Below, piece by piece: positions 45,864 through 54,812 of a stretch of DNA of 64,000 nucleotides. Every line of letters starts with the position of its first letter. Position 1 is the stretch's first letter. Origin of the DNA: an uncultured Oscillospiraceae bacterium (GTDB taxonomy: Bacteria > Bacillota > Clostridia > Oscillospirales > Oscillospiraceae); the NCBI GenBank assembly GCA_934565615.1, contig CAKTIH010000001.1:834-64833 (forward strand), written 5' to 3'. Under the pieces are notes generated by a model. The model saw only the letters and a program-made list of their open reading frames with translations, made no database searches and was not told the DNA's origin. A program made the position numbers and the translations under genes.

Positions 45864-46745
45864 ATGAGTCTGAACAAGGCCCCGAAGGGTACTCTCGGTC
45901 TTGCACTGAAATTTCTCATGATAATTCTCGGCTCGGCGGTATACGCCGTCGGCTTCCAGTTCTTCATGTACCCGAACTCGATAACCTCCGGCGGCATCAT
46001 CGGTATAGCGATGATAATTAACGAGCTTACGAAGCTGCCCGTCGGTACGATGACGATCATCCTCAATGTTCCGCTCTTCGCGATAGCGTGGCGGCACTTC
46101 GGTGCGGGCTTCATGTTCAGCTCGTTCATAGGCATGGCGTTAAGCTCCGCCTTAGTCGACCTGTTTGCGCTGTTCGGGATAGTGGCGACGACCGACCCGA
46201 TGCTCGGCGCGATAATCGGCGGGACGATAAAGGGCGCGGGGCTCGGGATAATCTACTTCGTCGGCGCGACGACCGGCGGGGTCGACATTGTGGCAAAGTT
46301 CATGCGGCAGCGCTTCGCGTATATTAACTTCGGGACGCTGATACTGATACTCGACGCGGTAATAATCGTGGCCTACGCGCTGATACTCAACAAATACGAG
46401 AGCGCGATGTACTCCATTATCTGCATGTTCGTCACCGGGCGGGTCATCGACCTTGTGCTCTACGGCATAGACAATTCGAGCGTGTGCTATATCATCAGCA
46501 CGAAGAACGATGAGATAAGCCATGAGATAATCTCCGGCCACCTGCACCGCGGCGTGACGCTCCTCAACGCGACGGGCGCATACTCCGGTGAGCGGCACGA
46601 CGTTATCATGTGCGTCATAAAGCGCCCGCAGATAGCCGAGCTCAAGCGCCTTGTGAAGGGCATAGACGAGCATGCCTTTTTCGTCGTGACGGACGCAAAG
46701 AACGTGTTCGGCAACGGCTTTGAAAGCATATCCGAGGTGAAGTGA
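45864..46745 (+). CDS. yitT: YitT-family membrane protein (DUF2179 C-terminal domain)
   Basis: 293 aa. FFMYPNSITSGGIIGIA and C-terminal HRGVTLLNATGAYSGERHDVIMCVIKRPQIAELKRLV. Confidence 0.8.
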   Translation: MSLNKAPKGTLGLALKFLMIILGSAVYAVGFQFFMYPNSITSGGIIGIAMIINELTKLPVGTMTIILNVPLFAIAWRHFGAGFMFSSFIGMALSSALVDLFALFGIVATTDPMLGAIIGGTIKGAGLGIIYFVGATTGGVDIVAKFMRQRFAYINFGTLILILDAVIIVAYALILNKYESAMYSIICMFVTGRVIDLVLYGIDNSSVCYIISTKNDEISHEIISGHLHRGVTLLNATGAYSGERHDVIMCVIKRPQIAELKRLVKGIDEHAFFVVTDAKNVFGNGFESISEVK

Positions 46746-46747
46746 AA

Positions 46748-47875
46748 ATGATGAAGCGCCTTGGCGCGCTGGCGGCGCTGCTGCTGGCAATGGGTCTGCT
46801 GTGCGGCTGCAGCCTGCTGAATAACGAATATGTCTCCGTCAAGGACTACACCCCCTCCGTTCAGGAGGAGAGCAGTGCCGACGGAAAAGTCACGGTGAAG
46901 AACTTCTCCGCGCTCAAGCAAGCACTGCTCAAGATGGCCTACGCCGGCAAGACCGAGGGGACAATAGTCTTTGACGCGGCCTACGACGGGGACACCACGG
47001 CGGACATGGCGAGCGCCTGCTGGCAGGTGCGCACGCAGGACGCGCTGTGCGCATACTGCGTGGAGAACATGGCGTATGAGATAAACAAAATAGTCACGAT
47101 AAACGAGGCGAGCGTCTACATAAGCTATTCGGACGTGAGCGAGGCGGCGGGAACTATACGGCACCTTGCCTTCTCCTCGGGTATTGACGAGATCGTACGC
47201 GAGGCGCTGTCCGAGGGTGAGAAAAAGCTCGTCGTGCTCATAAGCCGCAGCGCGTACAGCGCAGAGGACATGGCCGCCGCGGTCACGCGCGTATACAGGG
47301 AGGACCCCGCGCTCGTGCCGAAGGAGCCGCTCGCGAGCGTCAACATGTACAGCGGCACGGGAGCACAGAGGCTCTACGAGATAAGCATAAACTACGGCAT
47401 GACGGGCGAGGAGCTTGACGCGCGCACGGCGCAGCTGCAGGCTATCGACGCCTTTGCGGAGCTTGACACGGACGGTATGAGCGAGGCGGAGCTTGCATAC
47501 GCCGCGTGCGAATACCTGACGGAGCACTGCGCCGTCTCCGATGACAGGAGCGACAACACCGCCTACGCCGCGCTCGTCGGCGGGCGGGCAAACAGCGAGG
47601 GCGCGGCGCTGGCCTACATCGTGCTGTGCCGAGAGCTGGGAATCGACTGCCGCATCGTCTACGGTCAGGAGGACTGGACGGAGCACTGCTGGAACATCGT
47701 GCGCATAGACGGAAGCTACTACCACGTCGACATCACGGCTGTGATTGAGGACGGCGCCGAGGCAGGGTTCCTGATGAACGACGAGATGGCATGGGGCCGC
47801 TACAGATGGGACGTGTCGTCCTACCCGAAGTGCTCGGGCGAGCTGCGCTACGGCGATCTGCTTTTTGACGAATGA
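46748..47875 (+). CDS. lipoprotein with a C-terminal transglutaminase-like cysteine peptidase core
   Basis: Lipobox LLCGCS. C-terminal SEGAALAYIVLCRELGI...HCWNIVRIDGSYYHVDIT (Cys-His-Asp arrangement). ATG 46748 follows GAGGTGA. Confidence 0.7.
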   Translation: MMKRLGALAALLLAMGLLCGCSLLNNEYVSVKDYTPSVQEESSADGKVTVKNFSALKQALLKMAYAGKTEGTIVFDAAYDGDTTADMASACWQVRTQDALCAYCVENMAYEINKIVTINEASVYISYSDVSEAAGTIRHLAFSSGIDEIVREALSEGEKKLVVLISRSAYSAEDMAAAVTRVYREDPALVPKEPLASVNMYSGTGAQRLYEISINYGMTGEELDARTAQLQAIDAFAELDTDGMSEAELAYAACEYLTEHCAVSDDRSDNTAYAALVGGRANSEGAALAYIVLCRELGIDCRIVYGQEDWTEHCWNIVRIDGSYYHVDITAVIEDGAEAGFLMNDEMAWGRYRWDVSSYPKCSGELRYGDLLFDE

Positions 47876-47940
47876 CGCTTGAAACCGCACGGCTTTGATG
47901 CTATACTTCATTTAGAAAATATTGGTGTGGAGAATTATTT

Positions 47941-48255
47941 ATGGACGAAAAGAAAAACTGGGGGCGCGTCATACGCGGTGAGCTGTACGAGCGCTGGCCC
48001 AAGGATGAAAACGGAGAGCCGGAAGAACCGGCATGGCTCTGCAACTGCGCAAACCTCAACATGGGCGATGAGCTGACGATAAACATGCTCGAAGCCTACG
48101 GCATCCCCTGCCTGAAGATATACCCCGGCGACGGCGAGTTCGGCCGCCTTGTGCTCGGCATGAGCGGACAGGGCACGGATGTGCTCGTCCCGCAGAGCAT
48201 GCTGGAGGACGCAAAGGCGCTGCTCAGCGGCGAGGCAGAGATACCCGAAGAGTAG
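47941..48255 (+). CDS. hypothetical small cytoplasmic protein (possibly DUF2007-like)
   Basis: 104-aa ORF with host-like codon usage. LTINMLEAYGIPC and GTDVLVPQSMLEDAKALL resemble the DUF2007 fold signature, but the call is weak. Confidence 0.45.
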   Translation: MDEKKNWGRVIRGELYERWPKDENGEPEEPAWLCNCANLNMGDELTINMLEAYGIPCLKIYPGDGEFGRLVLGMSGQGTDVLVPQSMLEDAKALLSGEAEIPEE

Positions 48256-48340
48256 ACACACCGGCGCGGCCGGACAAAATAAAACCACATTCCCGGAGGA
48301 AACGGGAGAACAAATGAAAACCTGAAGGGAGTATTCCGCT

Positions 48341-50074
48341 ATGTCAAAATCCTATATGGAAGAATACCAGCGCTGGCTGGACAGCCCGGCACTCAGCGAA
48401 GAAGAGTGGAAGGAACTCAATTCCATAGCCGGTGACGAGAAGGAGATAGAAAACCGCTTCTATGCCCCGCTCGAATTCGGCACGGCAGGTCTGCGCGGCA
48501 CGATGAAGCTCGGCCTGCACAACATGAACATACACATAATCCGCCACGCGACTCAGGCCTTCGCAAACGTCATCCTCGCAGACGGTGAGGACGCCAAGAG
48601 CCGCGGCATAGTCATCGCGCACGACTGCCGTCTCAACGGCGTGCAGTTTTCAAAGGAAGCGGCCTGCGTCATGGCGGCAAACGGCATACACGTCCGTTTC
48701 TTCGATGCGCTGCGCCCGACGCCCGAGCTGAGCTTTGCGGTGCTGCACTACGGCACGGCGGCCGGCCTCAACATCACGGCAAGCCACAACCCCAAGGAAT
48801 ATAACGGCTACAAGGTCTACTGGTCCGACGGCGCGCAGCTGCCGCCTCACAAGGCCGAAGCCATCGCAAAGCAGATGGAAGCGATAGACATCTTCACGGG
48901 CTTCAAGACCTGCGACTTTGACGAGGCTGTCGCCGAGGGCAAGATCGAGATCATCGGCCAGGAAACGGACGAACTCTTCCTCGAAAACGTCATGACCCAG
49001 GCGATCGACAAGGACGTCGTCAAAGAGGTCGCGGACGATCTGCGCATCGTATACACGCCGTTCCACGGCTGCGGCTACAAGCTCGTCCCCGAAGCGCTGC
49101 GCCGCCTCGGCATAAAGCACCTCTATCCCGTCGAGCAGCAGATGGTGATCGACGGGCGCTTCCCGACGGTCGAGAGCCCGAACCCCGAGAATCCCGAAGG
49201 CTTCTATCTTGCGGTCGATCTGGCAAAGCGCGTGAACAGCGACCTTATCATCGGCACCGACCCCGACTCCGACCGCATAGGCACGATGGTGCGCGGAGCC
49301 GACGGCGAATACAGCGTCATCACCGGCAACCAGCTCGGCTGCCTGCTGCTGGACTACGTCATCAACGCCCGCCGCGCCACCGGCACGATGCCCGAAAACC
49401 CCGGCGCGATGGCAAGCATAGTCTCCACCTCGATGGCAAGGACCATCTGCGAGAAGAACGGCGTACACTTTGAGGACACCTTCACGGGCTTTAAGTTCAT
49501 GGCAGAGCTTGTGAACCACTGGGACGCCGCGGGGACATACCACTACATCTTTGCCTTTGAAGAGAGCTACGGCTACATGATGGGCAACTATGTGCGCGAC
49601 AAGGACGCGGTCACGGCCTCGATGATGGTCGCGGAGATGGCGGCGCACTACCACAAGCTCGGCATGACCCTGCTCGACGCGCTCAAGGCCCTGTACGAAA
49701 AATACGGCTATTACAAGGAAAAGACGCTCAACCTCGTCATGCCCGGCGTGGACGGCGTTGAAAAGATGAAGGGGCTCATGGCTCAGCTTCGCAGCAACCC
49801 GCCTGAGGAGATAAGCGGCGTTGAGGTCGTGCGCATGAGAGACTATTCCGACGGCAGCATCTACGTCGCAGGTCTCGGCAAGGTCGGCACTACCCCGTTC
49901 TCCGGCTCGAACGTCCTCTACTTCGAGCTGGCCGATGGCTGCACCTTTATCATCCGTCCCTCCGGCACGGAGCCGAAGATAAAGATCTACCTGCTCGTAA
50001 AGGGCAGCGACATGGCGCAGTGCGAGGAGCGCATTGAGAAGTACTTCAATTACGCAAACGCACTCGGAAAGTAA
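48341..50074 (+). CDS. phospho-sugar mutase (phosphoglucomutase/phosphomannomutase family)
   Basis: 577 aa. Active-site ITASHNPKEYNGYK, metal loop GTDPDSDR and sugar-binding loop. Confidence 0.92.
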   Translation: MSKSYMEEYQRWLDSPALSEEEWKELNSIAGDEKEIENRFYAPLEFGTAGLRGTMKLGLHNMNIHIIRHATQAFANVILADGEDAKSRGIVIAHDCRLNGVQFSKEAACVMAANGIHVRFFDALRPTPELSFAVLHYGTAAGLNITASHNPKEYNGYKVYWSDGAQLPPHKAEAIAKQMEAIDIFTGFKTCDFDEAVAEGKIEIIGQETDELFLENVMTQAIDKDVVKEVADDLRIVYTPFHGCGYKLVPEALRRLGIKHLYPVEQQMVIDGRFPTVESPNPENPEGFYLAVDLAKRVNSDLIIGTDPDSDRIGTMVRGADGEYSVITGNQLGCLLLDYVINARRATGTMPENPGAMASIVSTSMARTICEKNGVHFEDTFTGFKFMAELVNHWDAAGTYHYIFAFEESYGYMMGNYVRDKDAVTASMMVAEMAAHYHKLGMTLLDALKALYEKYGYYKEKTLNLVMPGVDGVEKMKGLMAQLRSNPPEEISGVEVVRMRDYSDGSIYVAGLGKVGTTPFSGSNVLYFELADGCTFIIRPSGTEPKIKIYLLVKGSDMAQCEERIEKYFNYANALGK

Positions 50075-50092
50075 ATAACAGGAAACGATCAA

Positions 50093-50136
50093 TGCCGCCG
50101 CTGCCCGGGCGTACCGGCAGCGGCGGCAAATATTTT
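50093..50136 (+). terminator. Rho-independent terminator of the mutase gene
   Basis: TGCCGCCGCTGCC / GGCAGCGGCGGCA, a 13-bp stem followed by AATATTTT. Confidence 0.8.
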
Positions 50137-50155
50137 GGAAAGCAAAAAATAATCA

Positions 50156-50199
50156 GGGCAGTACGGCACGATGCGTCAAGAGCAGATGCCGCGCTGCCC
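50156..50199 (+). repeat. R1 repeat, 44-nt truncated derivative (hairpin)
   Basis: GGCAGTACGGCACGATGCGTCAAGAGCAGATGCCG matches the first 35 nt of R1 copy B at 29/35 positions and is joined to the R1 3' end CGCTGCC. Folds as GGGCAG-TA-CGGCA / TGCCG-CG-CTGCCC. Lies 1 nt upstream of the chrA RBS. Confidence 0.65.
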
Positions 50200-50216
50200 A
50201 AGAAGGAACTGAGCAC

Positions 50217-50759
50217 ATGAAAAAATACTGGGAGCTTTTTATCGCCTTTGCCCGCATCGGAGTGATGACCTTCGGCGGAGGCTACGCAATGATACCGATC
50301 CTCGAGCGCGAGCTTATAGACAAGCGCGGCTGGACGACCAATGAGGAGCTTATGGATTACTACGCCGTCGCCCAGTGCACGCCGGGCGTCATCGCCGTGA
50401 ACACCGCGACCTTCATCGGCTACAAGCTGTATGGGGTGCTCGGCGGGATAGTCGCGACGCTGGGCGTCATCTTCCCGTCCCTCGTCATCATAACAGCCAT
50501 CGCAGGGATCCTCACGAACTTTGCGGACGTGCCGGCAGTGAAGAGCGCGTTTGCGGGAATACGCGTATGCGTATGCGTGCTGATATTCAACGCCGTTGTG
50601 AAGCTGTGGAAAAAAGCAGTCGTCGACAAGGCGACTCTCGTGCTGTTCCTCGCTGTGTTCATCCTCTCGGTGTTCCTTGATATTTCGCCGGTGGCCTTCG
50701 TCGTGCTGTGCGCCGCGGCGGGCATAGTATTCACGAAAACGGGGGTGCGCGGGAAATGA
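50217..50759 (+). CDS. chrA: chromate transporter, short-chain CHR family (first half-size subunit)
   Basis: 180 aa. FGGGYAMIPILERE...CTPGVIAVNTATFIG. Confidence 0.88.
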   Translation: MKKYWELFIAFARIGVMTFGGGYAMIPILERELIDKRGWTTNEELMDYYAVAQCTPGVIAVNTATFIGYKLYGVLGGIVATLGVIFPSLVIITAIAGILTNFADVPAVKSAFAGIRVCVCVLIFNAVVKLWKKAVVDKATLVLFLAVFILSVFLDISPVAFVVLCAAAGIVFTKTGVRGK

Positions 50760-51334
50760 GCCTTTATCTGCGTTTGTTCTGGGAGTTTTTCAAGACGGGC
50801 CTTTTCGCCGTCGGCGGCGGGATGGCAACTCTCCCCTTCATGTATGATATCTCCGACAAGACCGGCTGGTTCACGCACAGCATGCTGGCGGACATGGTCG
50901 CGGTATCGGAGTCCACTCCGGGGCCGATAGGCGTCAACATGGCAACCTACGTCGGCTTTGTGACAGGCGGAATCCCCGGTGCGGTCATCGCGACGGTGGG
51001 ACTCGTGACGCCGTCGGTGATTGTGATACTGCTTATCGCGCGGGTACTCAAGGCCTTCCGCGAGAACCAGTATGTCGACGCCGGGTTCTATGGCCTGCGT
51101 CCCTGCTCGGTCGGGCTTATCGCGGCGGCTGGCGTGCTGGTGGTAAAGCTTGCGCTGTTCAATACCGAGCTTTACGCGAGCACCGGAGCAATTGCCGATC
51201 TCTTCAACATCAAAGCGCTCATCCTCGCGGCGGTGCTGCTGGTCGCAACGCGCTGCATAAAGAAGTTCAAGGGGCTGCACCCGATAGTCTTTATCCTCGC
51301 TTCGGCCGTGATAGGGATAGTATTTTCATTCTGA
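50756..51334 (+). CDS. chrA: chromate transporter, short-chain CHR family (second half-size subunit)
   Basis: Start re-set to ATG 50756 (ATGA overlap with the first subunit). GLFAVGGGMATLPF...STPGPIGVNMATYVG. Confidence 0.88.
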   Translation: MSLYLRLFWEFFKTGLFAVGGGMATLPFMYDISDKTGWFTHSMLADMVAVSESTPGPIGVNMATYVGFVTGGIPGAVIATVGLVTPSVIVILLIARVLKAFRENQYVDAGFYGLRPCSVGLIAAAGVLVVKLALFNTELYASTGAIADLFNIKALILAAVLLVATRCIKKFKGLHPIVFILASAVIGIVFSF

Positions 51335-51357
51335 CGAATGGCGGAAAAGCCGGCTAC

Positions 51358-51438
51358 GCAGGTAAACTCCGGGGTTTTATCCCCTCAGTCAGCCTTGCGG
51401 CTGACAGCTCCCCTTGAGAAACAAGGGGAGCCTTGGGG
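51358..51438 (+). repeat. R2 repeat, copy 2
   Basis: Same architecture as 40485-40561. The variable hairpin here is GTCAGCC-TTGC-GGCTGAC. The conserved hairpin is GCTCCCCTTG-agaaa-CAAGGGGAGC. Confidence 0.8.
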
Positions 51439-51487
51439 ATGGCCTATTAGCTAATATACATATTCAGTAGTTTTTTGACAGTCTGAA

Positions 51488-51516
51488 TTGAATTGGCGGA
51501 CTATATGTGATAGAAT
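51488..51516 (+). promoter_or_regulatory. extended -10 sigmaA promoter in front of R1 copy B and the envelope operon
   Basis: TTGAAT (51488-51493), 17-nt spacer ending in TGA, TAGAAT (51511-51516). Predicted TSS about 51523, 3 nt before R1 copy B. Confidence 0.55.
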
Positions 51517-51525
51517 TATTTTCAA

Positions 51526-51684
51526 GGCAGCAGCGCACAATGCGGCAAGAGCAGCTGCCGAGAGAATTTGTGTTCCGATGACGGCACTTTTTTGCAGGAA
51601 TACTTTGTGTATTTCAAGAAAAAGTGACTAAATCGGAGCGAAAATTATCCGGCAGATGCCGCAGGTGTATTGTGCGGCGCTGCC
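51526..51684 (+). repeat. R1 repeat, copy B (159 nt), positioned as the 5' leader of the gene at 51711
   Basis: About 85% identical to 25359-25517. Terminal helix 51526-51546 / 51664-51684 with base-pair-preserving differences relative to copy A. Ends 14 nt before the AGGAGG RBS. Confidence 0.85.
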
Positions 51685-51710
51685 TTAAACAAAGACATAG
51701 GAGGCCGGAC

Positions 51711-53258
51711 GTGAAGCACGGGAGACTGGACAGATATACGCCGCGCATTGAAAAGCTGGGCGCGGCTGTCATACTTATTCTGACAATGCTTTTTATGATA
51801 TATCTGACTGGGGCGGCCTTCGTGCAGACGACGGATATAAGCACCAATACCCCGTCGGGAGAGTACGCCGAGATATACTCGGACAACATTTTCCTGAACC
51901 TGATATTGGTGTGCATCTTCCTCGCGGCTCTGTATATCTTCTACCGTCACGGTACGGAGATAAAGCTGCGGCGGCTGGAGATAGCGCTATTGTGCTGGAC
52001 CTTTATACTCGGCGCGGCCTTCATCGCCTCCGTTAAGCTGCGCGCGCCGTGGTACAGCGATTCCTTCTATGTTACATATGCCGCGCAGAGAGCCGCCGTC
52101 GGCGATTATTCGGCGCTGGAAAACTACTTTGTGCGCTTTCCGTTCCAGCTCGGCTACGTGCTCTATTCCGAGATATTCTTCCGCGTGGCCGGAGCGCTCA
52201 TTCCCGGACTGCCCGAGGGCTACTACTGTCTTGCATTGCAGGGCGTGAACCTGCTGTGGCTGCTGCTGTGCTTCCACGCGCTTATCCGCATCTCCCTCTA
52301 TGTGTACTCAAGCATGCGCATACAGAAGCTCACGGCGCTGCTGCTGTTCTTCTGCCTGCCGGCGGTACTGAGCTGCACCTTTCTCTACGGAAACATCCCC
52401 GCTTTCAGCTGCGGGACGGTCGCGGTATGGATGTTCCTCGCCTTTCTCAACAGGAAGAGGCTTAAGTACGCGCTCGTGTTTGCCGCGGCGATGACGCTTG
52501 CCGTGGTGCTGAAGCTGAACATGCTGATCTTTGCACTGGCAATGGGTATAGTATGGATATTCGACGTGATACGCACACGCTCTGTAAAGTCGCTCATATG
52601 CTTTATGCTCGCGACGGCGTGTGTGCTCGGCCTTAAGGGCGTGCCGCAGAGCATCTATGAGGCGCGCACCGGAAAGGACTTCGGCGACGGCATACCGATG
52701 ATCGCATGGATGGCGATGGGCTTCAGCGAGGGGCACGCAGGCCCCGGCTGGTACAAGGAGGACAACACCGTAAAGTTCTTCACTCACAGCGGAAACGACG
52801 CGGAGGCGACGGCGGAGCACGCAAAGCAGGTGATCTCCGAGCGCTGCGGCGAGTTTGCCGCCGACCCCGGCGAGGCGCTGCGCTTCTTCTCTACAAAGCT
52901 GCGCACGCAGTGGAACGAGCCGACCTATGAGAGCGTCTGGATAAATCAGGTACATTTGAGCTACAGCGAGAAGGGCGGCTTATACGAGCTGTTCTGCGGG
53001 CGCGGGGAGCAGTTCTTTAACGGAGTTATGAATCAGTTCCAGCAGCTTATTTTCTTTGGGATGCTGCTGAGTCTGTTTGAGCTGTGGCGCAGGCGCGACA
53101 TGGAGAGCAGTCTGCTGCCGCTGATAATTTTGGGCGGGCTTCTCTATCACCTGCTGTTCGAGGCGAAGAGCCAATACGCCCTGCCCTACTTTGTGCTGAT
53201 GATACCGATGGCCGCTTTCGGCTTCGGCTGGTTCTTCTATCGGATCGAAAACCGCTGA
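51711..53258 (+). CDS. polytopic membrane protein, GT-C fold glycosyltransferase-like (GT39/ArnT-like)
   Basis: GTG 51711, 6 nt after AGGAGG. About 12 TM segments and a C-terminal periplasmic-type loop. The family call rests on architecture and the YVTYAAQRAAVGDY...FPFQLGY region only. Confidence 0.55.
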   Translation: MKHGRLDRYTPRIEKLGAAVILILTMLFMIYLTGAAFVQTTDISTNTPSGEYAEIYSDNIFLNLILVCIFLAALYIFYRHGTEIKLRRLEIALLCWTFILGAAFIASVKLRAPWYSDSFYVTYAAQRAAVGDYSALENYFVRFPFQLGYVLYSEIFFRVAGALIPGLPEGYYCLALQGVNLLWLLLCFHALIRISLYVYSSMRIQKLTALLLFFCLPAVLSCTFLYGNIPAFSCGTVAVWMFLAFLNRKRLKYALVFAAAMTLAVVLKLNMLIFALAMGIVWIFDVIRTRSVKSLICFMLATACVLGLKGVPQSIYEARTGKDFGDGIPMIAWMAMGFSEGHAGPGWYKEDNTVKFFTHSGNDAEATAEHAKQVISERCGEFAADPGEALRFFSTKLRTQWNEPTYESVWINQVHLSYSEKGGLYELFCGRGEQFFNGVMNQFQQLIFFGMLLSLFELWRRRDMESSLLPLIILGGLLYHLLFEAKSQYALPYFVLMIPMAAFGFGWFFYRIENR

Positions 53259-53276
53259 GACGGCGGAGGAAATTTT

Positions 53277-54794
53277 ATGGACGACAACAAGACCGCACTG
53301 GCCGACCGGCTCTGGCTCGGCATCGGCAGGGCATATAAGAATAACAAGACACCGTTTCTTTCCGCACTTTTCACGGGTCTTCTGGCACACGGCTTCGCCT
53401 TTACCAATAAGCTTCTGAACCACGACGAGATAGAGTCGCTCTTCGGCAAGGGCGCGACTGTGACATCCGGACGCTGGGGGCTGGAGGCAGTGAAGGTGCT
53501 GTTTCCCGACTGGTCCATGCCGTGGATATACGGGATCATAAGCATTACTCTGCTGGCGGTATCAGTCTGTCTTATCGTGCAGATACTCGGCATAGGATCA
53601 AAGCCGCTGCAGGCGCTGCTCGGTGCGCTGATGCTGGCTTTCCCATCGGTGACGGGTACATTCTGCTTCATGTTCACAAGCAGCGCTTACGCCTTCGCCT
53701 TTCTCTCTGCAGTCGGGTCTGTGTATGTATACAGGTTCTCTCGGAAGTTCCGGCTTCCGCTGAGCGTACTGCTGCTGGTCGCGGCGCTCGGGATATACCA
53801 GGCGTATATCTCCGTTGCGGCGTGCCTGTATATGCTGCTGATGATAGAGGACACGCTCGACAAGGACAGTTCGCTTGTGCAGGTAGTCCTATTCGGGCTG
53901 AAGGCACTGGCGCTGATGGCGGTCTCGATCGCGATATACTACGGGATAACGCAGCTTGTGTTCCTCGTAACGGGAGCGGAGTTCAACAGCTATGTGACGG
54001 ACAACGTGAACGGGAGCGTCAGTCTCCTGCGCTGTGTGCGCATAGCCTATGACTCGTTCCTCTATGTATTTGAATTCAGAAACTTCGCGCTGATAACGAC
54101 GGAGGCGTCACGGTACATCCACATAGTTCTCGGCGCGCTCATTCTCCTTGGGCTTGGCGCCATAGCATGGCAGAACCGAAAGCCGCTGAACGCCGCGCTG
54201 CTGTTTGTGCTTATCGTGCTGCTGCCGCTCGCGATAGAGTGCATGTACCTGATAATGTCGAAGGAGTCTATCCACACGCTGGTGATATACAGCTTCACGG
54301 CGGTGTACATGCTCGCGTTCATTGTGATAGAGCGGCTGCCGGGGCGCGCCGGGCGTGCGTGCAGAAACGCTGTCTCTCTGCTGCTGGCTGTGGTGGCGCT
54401 TGCAAATGTATACTACGCGAACATGGTCTACCTCAAGCTCGATTTGCAGTACGAGAACGCGAGCGCGTTCTACACCTCGCTGTGCGCACAGATAAAGGAC
54501 ACCGAGGGCTTCGACGAGAACAGCAAGCTTGCTGTTCTCGGGTATCAGGATAACCTACTGTATATCCCGGAGGAGCTCGACACGGAGCTGATGATGGGAC
54601 CGGCGCACGACCTTGTGAACATCTATTCGCGTGAGAACTTCTTCCGCCTTTTCCTCGGCTTCGAGGTCCCGTTTGCGGATGATGCGGAGCTTGAAAAGCT
54701 CGAAAATGACAGCCGCGTCGAGGCGATGAGCGAATATCCGTACTACGGCTCTGTGCAGAAGATAGACGATTACATCGTCGTTAAGCTTGGCTGA
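53277..54794 (+). CDS. polytopic membrane protein, glucosyltransferase GtrII-like (Glucos_trans_II-type)
   Basis: 505 aa. N-terminus LLAHGFAFTNKLLNHDEIESLF...GRWGL is typical of this family as I recall it. 10 or more TM segments plus a soluble C-terminal domain. Confidence 0.55.
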   Translation: MDDNKTALADRLWLGIGRAYKNNKTPFLSALFTGLLAHGFAFTNKLLNHDEIESLFGKGATVTSGRWGLEAVKVLFPDWSMPWIYGIISITLLAVSVCLIVQILGIGSKPLQALLGALMLAFPSVTGTFCFMFTSSAYAFAFLSAVGSVYVYRFSRKFRLPLSVLLLVAALGIYQAYISVAACLYMLLMIEDTLDKDSSLVQVVLFGLKALALMAVSIAIYYGITQLVFLVTGAEFNSYVTDNVNGSVSLLRCVRIAYDSFLYVFEFRNFALITTEASRYIHIVLGALILLGLGAIAWQNRKPLNAALLFVLIVLLPLAIECMYLIMSKESIHTLVIYSFTAVYMLAFIVIERLPGRAGRACRNAVSLLLAVVALANVYYANMVYLKLDLQYENASAFYTSLCAQIKDTEGFDENSKLAVLGYQDNLLYIPEELDTELMMGPAHDLVNIYSRENFFRLFLGFEVPFADDAELEKLENDSRVEAMSEYPYYGSVQKIDDYIVVKLG

Positions 54795-54812
54795 TTTATA
54801 GAGGTGTGCGCC

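Noticed and set aside
50217-51334. Chromate transporter split into two ORFs, considered as a possible frameshifted pseudogene
   Set aside because: Each half contains a complete CHR domain signature, and the junction is a clean ATGA overlap. Paired short-chain CHR subunits are a known arrangement.
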